From Trichosphaerium sp. ATCC 40318 (taxonomy: Eukaryota > Protista > Tubulinea), in assembly GCA_038496445.1 (NCBI GenBank), contig JALMLS010000329.1:186001-250000 (forward strand): DNA of 64,000 bases, in the 5' to 3' direction. This document shows, piece by piece, positions 40,891 through 53,100 of this stretch. The notes under the pieces were generated by a model. It made no database searches. It was not told where the DNA came from and saw only the letters and a program-made list of their open reading frames with translations. The first letter of the stretch is position 1, and each line of letters opens with the position of its first letter. Made by a program: the position numbers and the translations under genes.

Positions 40891-43800
40891 TTAAAATTCA
40901 ACTTGATTGTCAAGATAAGATAATGTTCTTTCTAATCCATCATAATCACAAGCCAAAGCTAATTTTGTATGTTCTTTAATGGCAGGATTATTAAACAAAG
41001 CTTTCAAACAGATCTGTGATCTAATAAAGTGCATTTCTTCACAGTCTGGAGCCGTCCAGTCTACCTGTTTATCCTCTTGCCAATACTGCATAACTGCTTT
41101 TCTATTACCATAATTGATTGTCAAGTAAACAACCAACAAGGACAACAAGTCATCTGATTTTTTGTACGTATACTTTTCATTCTTGACAAAAGCTTCTCTC
41201 ACATCTACACTACCATAAGCAGTGGTACCTGCAAACTTTGTATGTGTGTTGATGGGAATGGCAGTCGCCCAATCTATCAATACAAGCCTGTCAAGGTAAA
41301 GGACAATGTTACCAAGACTCACATCTCTAAGAACAAAAGTAAACAACAATTAAGATAGGAGTACAAGTACCTGTGAACATAACCAACATCATGAAGGCAT
41401 TTGAGGACCTTGATAAGTTGACTAAAGCAAGGTAGTTCGATATCAGTTTTTTTGTATGCCTTCGCAAGTGGAATGCCAACTGGAAACGTCAAAATGTATT
41501 TGAAAGCTTCACAGTTCGTATCAGCTATGGTTGTTCCGTAATGTATCTATTATAAAGTTAATAACATGTACTAAAAGCATACATATACAACCAAACAAAA
41601 AATGATTCGAGTTGAGATCGTACCAATTCAGGAGTACCAGGTATTTTCTTATCATTCACTAACTTTAAGTTTTTAACCTCAATATCCATCCATGATTCTA
41701 ATGCAGGGTCTCGGCTGAATATTTTAAGAGCACATGTTCTAGGTACACCCACGTCATCTGGACTTACTTTAATTTCATAAGTTGTTGCTGTTGCTCCCTT
41801 TCCAAGCGTTTTTGATGGCACATAAGTCACACCTGCCATTTCTATTACAGGCGACGACCATCCCAGGTTAGTAGCTGTACATCCAAGGAATTCTGAGACG
41901 ATTTTAGTTCCTTGTGCTTCAGGTGTGTCGTAGCGATAAGTATTGGACTCAAAGAAACTATACTTTTTTTGTTCGTAGTCCCACATGATTTTGATAAACA
42001 TTACTTTTGTTCTATCTGATAGGACACCCCACATGAACTTACGTAACGGTTGGCTAGTCATGTAGATAACCAAGTAGTACCTAACAACATTAAGTAAAGA
42101 AGGACGGAAGAAATGAACCAGGAAGAAGAAGAAAAAGAAGAAGAAACGTACATCAATTGACCTTTGTCTGCTGGAGAAAATGAAGATGATTCTATCTTTA
42201 GCTCCCACAGTGTCACAACTTTTCCAATTTTGGGTTCTTGTATACTCATAAAATTGGCAGTGAATACCATATCTGGTTTTTTCTGTGTACCAGACATTGA
42301 TGTTGCATGTGTATCAAAGCACTTTAGGTTTCGTAGCTTCAACTTCTTGAACTTTGTAAAAAGAAACTTTTGAATTGATTTTTCAGGATATGACCCTGGT
42401 TTACCATCAAGTGTGAAAAAGTTTTCATCTAGTTGACATAAAACTCGGTTGCCAATACGCATTTCCTTGTATTTGCTGCTTGAATCTTTCCCCGACTTTT
42501 TAGATTTTTTGTTGACTTTAGCTTGCTTTACAGCTGCTTCAGCTGCACTACACTCCACAAACATTTCGCATTCTGGATCTACCATTCCTGTGAAGTCTAT
42601 GGGACCTGTCTCTGGCTTAAATGAGAGTTGTGTTTCTTCACTTTCTGGTGTAACCACTCTGTCTTCTTTAAACTTGTTGTACACAGAGCTATAAGCTAGA
42701 GAAAGGAGTAAGCCTTAATGAAGAGCAAGAAAACATAACTGAAGATACGCACATGTACAACCACCTGAACCTAATACCGCTTGTGATGCACGGAGGCGAT
42801 CGTGGTCAATAATCAGTTTTTTTAATATTATTTGATATTGCTCATCTGCTAATCTTTTTTGGGCTTCAAGCTCTTTCCTGTTGGCTTCAAATTCGGCTTC
42901 TTGTTCTCTCCTGTTGGCTTCTAATTTGGCTTCTAATTCGGCTTCTTGTTCTCTCCTGTTGGCTTCGAATTCTTTGTTGTTGGCTTCAAATGCGGCTTCT
43001 TGTTCTCTCCTGTTGGCTTCAAATTCGGCTTCTTGTTCTCTCCTGTTGGCTTCTAATTTGGCTTCTAATTCTTTCTTGTTGGCTTCAATTTTGGCTTCAA
43101 ATTCTCTCCTTGCAGCTTCTGCTTTGGCTTCTTGTTCTTCTCGTTTTTTATCGATATTTTCCAAAGCTTTTACAAGCTGTCTATACCGCTCACTATCTTC
43201 TTCTCTACCACTTTCGTGTTGGTCAAGAACTTTTTCATTAGGATGATACGGTGGCGGAGGAGATCTTGTAGGAGAACGAGTAGATCTCGGTGATATTCCA
43301 TGATCTACAAAAACAAATATGAATAAGCTAGAATAGATTGTACAACAAATTCATTACGTAAATACTTTTGCCATAATAATGACCACATTATCGCAGACTT
43401 GACTGATCCCGGAGGACTTTGCTCATCATTAGATCTTTGATTGTTATTATATAACTCAACAAGCTCTTGATTTGTCAACTGGTAGTAGTCCGCTAGTGCA
43501 ATAATCAGAGATGAAGAAGGAAGTGAAAAAGAAAAAAAAAAACAGGTTGGACGTACTTGCGAACTGTGATTGAGCCAAGCTTCTTGCCAAAGTAGCTGTC
43601 TTTTTATTTTTATACTCCAGTTCAAGACAGTCAGCACAGCTTGCCATGTCATCTTTTTCCGCGTAAGTGACAAGGTACTTTCTAAACTTTTCACGGATTG
43701 AATTAAGCTGCTTGGCGCTCTTGGTTCGCCGTATCCTTTTCTTAGTTTTTTCTGATACAACACGTGAATTTTGGAGTAAACGTAAATCGATTAATGTGCA

Positions 43801-44568
43801 AGCCACGTACGCATTATTTGTTTAGGTGTATAGGAGCCGCTCTCATCATCACCTAGTCGTAGAGTACGTGAAAAAGACACCAAGAAGTTGTACAACAAAT
43901 CCGTTTTTGTACGTACTCTCCACTTGCCGCTTTCGCTTTTTTTTCTTGTTTTTGATTGAGTTTTTAATACGTACCGACGTTTCTATAATATCAATGATAA
44001 ATCAAGTGTTTTTGGGCTTCAAAAAAAAAGTGATGTTTGCAATGATTTAAAAAAAAATCCAAAGTCGTACTTGTCGGTCTACGGCTTGCTGTACTCTTCA
44101 CATTTCGTCGTTTGGTTGTTTTTGCTATCGAAAGTCAAAACGTGGTTGCCAACAGGCATTGAAAGATATTAGGCAGCCACAACGTTGTGTAACAACCGCT
44201 GAGCAGTTTTCAAGGTGGAAAGCAAAAGCGGGTAAACAAGATACGAAGAATTTTTTGAATTTCAAACGTTAATAACGTACGTAATTTTTGTCTAGGCTCG
44301 CTAGTATCATCTGTGTCACCTAATGGAAAGTAATTACCCATTTGAACGTGTAAAAACGCTAATTGTATAGGAGATAGTTTTACGTACTCTCTGCTGTTTC
44401 TCGCTTGCGTTTTTTAGTCTTTTTGACGATTCTTATCTTTCTTCTACCTGTTGACAGTATAAAGCGGCGAAAAACCTACTCTAGCGTACCTGTCGCGCTA
44501 CGTTTGCTTTTGGTACCACCTATACCCTTTCGTATACCTTTTTTGAGCTGTTTTCGCTTACCAGACAT
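40891..44568 (-). CDS. Crinkler-type effector: basic N-terminus + coiled coil + PD-(D/E)xK REase-like domain + protein kinase
   Basis: Eleven exons join in frame; KPDMVF...LWELK...GQL...QPLRKFMWGVLSD (REase-like); LGKGATATTY, ALKIF, E, VHRDVSLGNI, LIDWATA, FAGT, DDLLSL (kinase). Confidence 0.75.
42880..43110 (-). repeat. Tandem repeats encoding an EANRREQEA(E/A)F coiled coil
   Basis: Repeated ggcttcttgttctctcctgttggcttc units. Confidence 0.9.
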
Positions 44569-44987
44569 GGCGTAGCAATCACAGCTCAACGCATTGCGAA
44601 AATCGCGGTAGTGATCGTATTAAGCAAAGTCAGCGAGATTTCTCAAAGCTGGCGAGGAATTCGCGGACTACTTCTGTTTCAAAACTACAACATTTTCTCG
44701 TTCGTTGTGAAATTGGTGAGCAATTGTAACTCAAGAACATTCAATTCAGCTGTGGATAACAAGTTAGATAATCAATTACAGCAATATTTTTTGGAATCAC
44801 CTTCTCGCCACACGTGCCACATACTCTATCTGATTACCACAACAATACAATTAATAGATAGACTGGTTAAGTACATTCAAGGTTAGCAACAATGTACATA
44901 CTCAATAGGAGAACGCAAAATGCAGGACATGATATACTTTATTGAAAACTGAATCTTTGTTCGTTGTTTCGTAAGTGGAGGAGATTG

Positions 44988-46168
44988 TTATTTGTTATAC
45001 ATAGTTTGCTTTTCTTTGGTGGCTTTGGTGTACTTGTGCGTAAATATTTTACCCATTAAATACCTCATGAAATGTATATCATATTTTGATACATACTTGG
45101 AGATATCTTCAGTACTAGCTGAAGTCTCTCGTGACATATAAAGGCGATTCTTATTAATAATTTTGACAAAAAAATTGTCAACTTGACCTTGCGTTATCTC
45201 TGGGTTGTCAAGACAACGTAACAGTGTGGTAGCAAGGAATCCTGCTCTTACCTTATACAGCTTTGGTTGTTTATGCTTTGCGAGAGCAATACGCCAGATG
45301 CAAGTATTCTGCAAGAAGTTGACTAGTACTTGATGTTTTGGGTTCTTGGTGAGAAATGGAATAGCTGGAAAAATGTTGCTTAGTGCATCGTCATAATACG
45401 GCAACCTTCAAAACTAACTAACCGCATGGCACAAACATTTAGCTGCTTGATGCTTATCAGATCTTCTTTGTCAATATCCGAGTAGGTAGGTTTCGCAATA
45501 GTATTGATACAATGCTCGCAAATCATCAGCCAAATCTCTTTTGGTAGTATAACAACCACTCTCTCGTTTCCGGATTTCTCTTTTTCTTGTATGAAAACTT
45601 CGAGGTGATCATCGCCGAGTGACTCATTTTGTTCTTTCGTTTGAGAAGAGTCGATACTGCATTCTTCTTGACTGGCAGTGAAACTCATTTCATCTTCCCC
45701 TGCATTTGCAACCTGGTTTTCTTTATATTTTGCATCCATTGTGTTTTGTCTTGCGAGAATTCTGCTATTCCAATATTGAATGAACTCTTTATCGTAGGCA
45801 TCTAACGCTTTTGAAGCTGCTTGACATGAACATAGGCGAAAAGCGATTGTTTTGGAAAACAACAATTGTTGCAAGTGTTGTAAGTGAACTAACAGATTGT
45901 CCCAAGTCATGATTGAAGGCAATAATTGAAGAATACAACACAATAGTTCTCCATTTTGTTTTAAGGGAGTTTGTATCATGCGAGCGAAATCATCAGTTTC
46001 CGCGAATAAACGCAACTCTGTACAACAGCTGCTCTCAGAGAGCCGTTCGCTATCTTTGGAATCATAACATCTTTGAAGCGCTGATGGATAGCTCACTACC
46101 TTTGTTGCCAAAGTACGTTTAGGAGACGGAGGAGTAGGGTTTTGACTATTTATATGGTTTAGAGCCAT
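44988..46168 (-). pseudogene. Intronless hypothetical protein with an F-box-like motif, split into two overlapping frames near 45400
   Basis: ORFs 45380-46168 and 44988-45404 overlap; ILPKEIWLMICEHC...RLVS is F-box-like; no convincing intron restores the frame. Confidence 0.45.
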
Positions 46169-47196
46169 TGCGTTGCTTTTGTCGTAGTGATCTGAAAGAA
46201 ATGCTTAAGCTTACTTATCTCTTTAAGTGAAGGCATCACAAACAATCCTTTGAGTTCTTCTTAACAGCAAGTGACATATTACGCGCTTTTTAATGTTTGA
46301 AACTTTTAGAGATCACAAAGAGATCTCACTTGTAGTTATTCTAGACATTCCTAATAAGGCAATGAACTTTTGGTTATTTGTAGCTCTTAAACTATAGTGC
46401 ACGGCAAGGTATTCTGTTGATTTCGTCCAGTATTACATATTTCCGTAAGGCTAAGAGCACAAAAAGCAGAATGTTCGCAATTCCTTTATATCAGCCTTAT
46501 AACCTCCTGTTCTGGCTCCCTACATAAGGGGATGGTACTAGCACTCAAAAGATGTCGCGTACTAACCACTACGCTATATTAACACTCACTTTGGAGTATG
46601 GTGGAACCTTATACGACAAAGGCTTGTTTTCAGTTGCAAAACCTTGAGCGAAAGCAAAGTGAAAGTTCATTTCGCTGGTCCATCCCAATACATCCTGATA
46701 GCGCATAGAACAACCAAAGAAGTATAATGCAGCCAGTTATATTACTTTAAAAGAAGTTTTAACATAGAAATGGCAGAAATTAAAAACCACAATATTTTTT
46801 TATTTTGGAGTTGTGGCTATAAAAGTTGTGTTTCATTTTGTGTTAGTACCGAAGTCGCAAAGTTGTAGCTTAGCGTAGAACCTCTTGAGGGCTGACAGTA
46901 TGACCGTGCTTGCTTATTGGGCTTATAAATACTCACATGGCGAAGGTTTTGGATATTTGAACAGTGTTTTTGATTGTGTTAATAACTAACTCAATTATTG
47001 CTACTGGATTGGTAAAAACAAATAGGAAAGCCAACAAGATATATCACACATTGTAAGTAGTAGCATCCTTTTGGTTTACTTCACTTTATGAAAATAAAAG
47101 GAGGTATACTTATATTAGTTGCATGTGAAAAAACGAGATACATGAACTTAAGTGGGTGCTCCTTATTTACGCTGTCAATTCCACAAAGCAGTCGTA

Positions 47197-47972
47197 ATGG
47201 CGAATTGGAAGGAAGAAGCTAAGATTTCAAGGCTGGATAACAACGAAAGAGTCTATGCTCCTCAAAACCCACACCTAACCCTCCAGCAACAAGTAGAGGA
47301 CCTTCGTACAAACATAAGGACATTCTATAAAAAGCATGGCATTGCATTCATAGCCTACTGGCGCGAATTACCACTAGCACAAAAACGCGGTCTCCTCAGT
47401 ACTGTAACAGGTACGTTTGCCTCCAAAATACGCATTTAAAACGAAAAGGCGGTACAATGGCTTCAAACTGGATGGAAGCCCCTCCGTTACTTCCTAAAAT
47501 GAACAAACAGTCTCTTACAAGAAACAACGGCGCAGCTCTTATAAAAATACTAACAACGGAGATCAGCGAAGAAGATCACGATTGGAGATACTTAAGACGC
47601 ATACCACAACTAAAAGACTTCGCCTCAGGCCTCGACGCACTCGGATTTATTACACCGGAGATGATAAAAGACCTAAGAGAGAAAATCAAGCCCGAGTATT
47701 ACAATCAAGCTTGGCAACTTCAAGTTTTTGTCCTATCAACACTTTCTTTGATGATGGATGAATTCTTACAAGAAGTTATCAAGGTTAAAGATCATTACAC
47801 TGTGTATTGTTCCAATGCTTGTTGGCTCTGTAACAAGCACGAATCTCCTGGTAGTAAGTTGAAACAATGTTCAGCATGCAAACAAGCACGTTATTGCTCT
47901 ACTGCGTGTCAGAGAGAACACTGGAAAACGCACAAGACAGAGTGTAGGAAAAAACCACAATCAAAGACCTAA
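47197..47972 (+). CDS. MYND zinc-finger protein
   Basis: CWLC...LKQCSACKQARYCSTACQREHWKTHKTEC; one intron (47411-47448) joins the two ORFs. Confidence 0.88.
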
Positions 47973-48272
47973 ATGTGTACAATGTCAAGCTTATCTTTCG
48001 TTGCGTTGACACTAATAACATCCTTTCTATTAAAAATATTTGGTATATGACTCTCTTAAATATTCTTGGGTTGTACAACAGAGACTGCTCAAAACAAGTC
48101 ACTTTTTGGACTTACGAACTAGCACCAAATTTAAGCACTTGTTTCAAGACAATATGTGGTTAAGATTCGTGAAAGAAAGAGGCTAGTTTTGTTTTGAGTT
48201 CTGCAGATTACTTGACCTTCTCACGAACACTCATATTATTTTTTTGAGGAGCAGTACTATGCCTCTTTTTAT

Positions 48273-50027
48273 TTACAAAGGTGCGACTATAAGTTGGGCT
48301 CTTGGACACAATCCCAGTCCTTCTAAAGTCTGATCTTGATCTTGATATGCTTTTTTGGGAAAATTTGTAATCAGCTTAAAGTCCTTGTTTCCTGAACTCT
48401 TAACAAACGCATATACGATGCCTAGCATATCACTCTTCATAAATCTTCTCTGTACTCGCTTTCCCGCTAAGTAGAATAAGATAAGACATAGGAACTCCTA
48501 ATTTTTCTTTGCAATTTTTTTTCAAAAAAAAAGGCAAAAAGACGCACTAGGCATTTTTAGCACTAAAGTTGTTGTGTCATCACTGGCTTCAGGTTCTTCT
48601 GGTACTATAACTTCTTCTTCATTCTGTTCCTATTAGAAGCTTAAAAATGATTCCCAAAAGACAAGCAATGCAATGCAAAAAAAGATAAATTCTTGGAATA
48701 AAATGGCATACAAGTGACATTGCTATAGCAGCTTCTAGCTCGTCACCACCACTCTCGGTCATATCAACATCCGCAGAACCTTATGAAACATGAGAAATAT
48801 TTTAAATACGGGTTGAAAGGTCACCATTAGGGTTCATAGATGCACGAATAGCAGCTTGTAATGCATCTTCTTCAGACAAACCTCCTGAGTACTGCTGAAG
48901 TGATTCACGCATAGCTTTTTCTAATTCTGAATCGCCTGTTCCGCTTGCTGTACTACCAGTAGTGGTACGCCTGCTTGCTTTTACCCAATTTGTTCCAACA
49001 GGAGAGCCTTGAAAACAAGTTAATAAAATTTGAACTTTAGATTCAGAGTAACTAAAAAAAGCTCACCATCTGCGTTCCAAGAGCTTGCTAGCGCATTAGG
49101 AAATGATCCTCGAACTACATATATTGTATAGCCTCCTATTTGAAGTTGCTTGAGGTACATTCTAGAACAAGACTTAGAAATAACAATTAAAAACGAAACT
49201 GTAAGTTCATCGCAATCTTACCCCAAGTATAGCTCTGATTTGTATTCAGGTTCTTTATTTATACTGTTTAAATCCCACCATTCACCATGAAGCTTACGTA
49301 TTGCTAGCCAATGACTCTGTAGATTACATATAAAGGCCGATTCTTTCCTAGTTGAAACAAAATTAACAAAAAAAAGAGTTGATTTTTTGCGTCTTCGATT
49401 TTTCCTCTGAGAGCTTCTTTTTTAATTTAAAACGTACTCAGGGTTTTGCATTACATCCTTCAAGTCAGGGCTTTGTATATTAAGAGCAGTAAGACCCCAC
49501 ACGTTTAGACTTTCGCTCAAAACAGAAATAGAAAAGTTCCCATCAAGCGCGACGTTTCCAGAGTCTTCCTGTAAGTGATTTTAGAGTTTACAAGGAGTTT
49601 CGTATTTAATTTAGAGCCGCAAGGGAACGTTTAGGATTGTTTTAGTGAGAATTTGGGATTTTCAAGTATTTTTGTGTTTTTGAGCGGTTTAAACTGAGTT
49701 AGGGCTATTTGAGCTACTGCACGTACTGCTGCGAATTTAATAAAGTCTGTTGTGTCTGTACCCGCTTCCGCCATCAATTCTCTCTCTTTAAGATCTAGTT
49801 TACGCGCCACTTGCATTAGATCGATTTCGTTAAAGTACGACCCTAATTGCGTTTAACGGCGATAATTGGCTTCAGAATTCTGTATTCGCCTAATATTTCC
49901 TATAGTACCTTGGAGGAGGTTGTTCAAACAATGGACGCCACACAAGGCAGCATCTAAAAATGTTTTAATCAAAGAAATGCAAACTAGCTGTTGTACCTTG
50001 TTTTTCATGGTAAAGGTAGGAGCTCAT
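48273..50027 (-). CDS. ATXN3: Ataxin-3-like deubiquitinase: Josephin + UIMs + C-terminal UBX domain
   Basis: YHEKQDAALCGVHCLNNLLQG, SGNVALDGNFSISVL, FICNLQSHWLAIRK...WWDLNS (C-H-N triad); UIMs ELEKAMRESL, ALQAAIRASM, ELEAAIAMS; UBX LKMPTGKRVQRRF...TNFPKK...TLEGLGLCP. Confidence 0.88.
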
Positions 50028-50145
50028 TGTAGATTTTGTAAAAATAAATAAACAATATTATTCATTCAAGTCATCTGTAGTCTCGTAGTGAATCATACAT
50101 ACAAAGAACGGCCAGCACCTGCGTATTCTTCCCACAACCACTTTT

Positions 50146-53100
50146 ATGTGGCGTGTGTTGTACTCACCCAAAAGCGCATTACATTCAAGGAGCACACAGA
50201 GCACCCAATTATACCACAAAGGTACACATACGCTAAACGAGCGCCTTGCGAACAGAAGAGCTTAAACACCTGTAAATTAACTGGTTACGCATCTAACGGC
50301 GCCATAGGCTTTAGTACAAGTGTCCCTTATAAAATACAGTTCGAACAAAAACAAAGCCGCATCAATTGGCTAAAAGAGTATGCGAGGGATAATGACATTC
50401 GAAATACAAACGAATGGTACAATGTAGTACGCAGAAAACTGACAGAACACCCTGGAGGCACAGCCTTCCTCAAACAGTACGACAAGCGACGCAGTAGTAT
50501 ATATATCACGTAAAAAGCTTACTTGTGTCAAGAACGTCTTTGTTGGAAGGTTTAGAAGAAGCATACCCAAAAAACGACTGGCAACCTTGGAAGTTTGTGT
50601 ACGTACGCTTTTACACAACAAAACAAAAAAAAAGAGCCAACGGCATTTTATGCATTCTGACATTTATGTAGACGAGCGCCACGCAACTACTGGGATAACG
50701 TAGCCAATCACCAGCATGCTTTTACGTATTTGTCAAAAACTCTTGGCGTATTGACACCAACAGCATGGGACCGTGTCTCAGCCAAGGACATTGATCATAA
50801 AGCTCTACCGTTATTCCAATACTATGCAAAGTAAGTCCAGTAGGCACCTCCTCTTTGCTTTATTCTTTACAACATCTCCTCACCTTCACCCTCCTTCTTT
50901 CTCTTCTTACTAATCGCATTTGAAAAATAGAAAAAAGAAGAACGAGATTACAGATGAAGATGTGACGTTAGTAGTGAAAGCGCTGACTGGTTATGAGCGT
51001 ACATATCCCCAGGATTTCGTTATCGCCCCTAATTCACACCCGCCACCCTCTCCAAGAGAAGCTACACCTCCTCAACAAGGAGATCGAAAAGGCCCACAAG
51101 TGAGACACGTCCCAAAGCACTCACTCAAACAATCACAACCTATAAAGACGCCAAAGCCGCCTCCACAACAACAGCAAACATCCATGAAACACGCACACAG
51201 ACAAGTACCAAAACAAACACCTACAAACCCACAAAAGCAACAAAAGAGCAACACAACACAACCCACACCAACACCACCAAAGCAACACATCAAACATGTC
51301 CCACCTAAACAATCACAACAAGCACAAAAACCACAACAAGTAAAACAAAAACAACCACAACACCAACCACAAAGAGTAAACAATCAAAAACAACCACAAA
51401 CGCCAAAACCTCCACAAAAGCAAAAAAATCAAGAACAAAAGACAAACCTTGGTGGTGTTAAACATGATGGTAAACGTGATGCAATAGATAATCCATATTT
51501 TAGTAAAACAAAAGAGCCACAACAACAAAGCTACAAACAACATCCAAAAAAAATAGTACAAGATACAAAAAAAACTAACGAAAATACAGATAAGCGCACC
51601 TTACTACAACAAATGTATGATCCTTCAGTAAAACCTCCTCCACCAAAGGTACCTACAAAACCTAAGGTTAATACAAATAAACCACAACAACAACACCAAC
51701 AACAAAATACACAAACACAACAAAAAGGTCAAGCACTTTTTTCGAAACAATATCAAGAAAAAACTAGCACCACCACTGAAGAAAAACCGGCCACCAAACC
51801 AGTTTTTTTTTCACAAATGACAAAGATTGGTTGGCATGCTGCTTCTGCTATGAGTAACCTTAAAGATACTGAACAAAAAAAGCAGAAGCCATTGACTTCA
51901 CAAATTCTATCTATGCAACAGCGAGGAAGTAAGAGAGTTACTGATGTAAATTACCGTTCAAACGCTCAAAGTCAAAATCAAACACAACAGAACCAAATAC
52001 AAAACCAAAGCAAACAGCTGCACAACTCACAAAATACTCCAAGACAACCAAAGCATATGTATGGACAAGTTCAACAACAGCAACAGCAACAAAATCAGCA
52101 ACAAAATCAGCATAGTTCTGTTTCACAGGGCCAACAGTTGCATCAAAAACAACAATACGGACAAAGACAACCTGGCCATCAACAATATGGTTCTCCTCAA
52201 CACCAAAAACAACAACCACAACAATTTATTGTTGCTCCTGAGCACGAGAAAGCTTTCATTGACCACCTTCAAAAAACATTATCTGTAGATAGCCTTGACG
52301 GTTGGTATAGAATAAATGAAGAAACTGTAATCCAAGCTGGTGGGCAACAAGTCCTGGAACAGTACGACCCTTTAGAATTGCTGACTAAAATTAATGTTTC
52401 TTGAAACAAAAAACTAGACATGTCTCAGCGCTAAGGCTTACTTACTTTTTAGATATGGTGGCTTTCTCTGCAATGTACTATCTCAGTTGTTTCCTCAACA
52501 TTATTGGAAAACGTGGAAGTTCAGGTACAAATCAAGACAATTCTCCTTGCCAATAAAGCTAAGTCTGTCTCCCTTTTAGTAAGGTGCCACCTGATTACTA
52601 TAAGCAAGCAACAAATGCACGCTGTTTTATAGCTGATATGGAGGAAGAGTTACGTATTTCATCACCTGATGATTGGTATATGGTAAAACGAGAGGATGTA
52701 CAACTTTGTGGTGCTGGTTGTGATACTGCTTTACAAAGGTTACAAAAGATATTACGCTGTTTCTGTTTACTTACAACTCTTAGTATGGGAGGTTCTATAT
52801 ACACTATGCTCACAAACTACTATGCTACACCAAAGGAGTGGCGTATTTGGAAATTCGCGTATGCAGTTGTTACTGTTTGGTTTATTTTTTTTTTTGAATT
52901 TTTGGTTCACTTAGTACGTTTTGTTAAGTCTGTCTGATAGGGATTGCGAACAATCTTGGTGGGATAATCCGAATAATCAAAAAGTATTTTGTGAAACATT
53001 ACGCGATATTTCTAAGATAAAGAGCTGGTATCACATCAAGGGAGATGACATCATAGAACATGGTGGACAACCACTTTTAGACAGGTTCTTTTTTTCACCG

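Noticed and set aside
42881-43246. + strand ORFs with LLLASNSAS repeats
   Set aside because: Antisense of the coiled-coil repeat.
51072-51383. Cys/Gly-rich minus-strand ORF resembling a metallothionein or keratin-associated protein
   Set aside because: Antisense of CAA/CCA-rich Q/P coding sequence.
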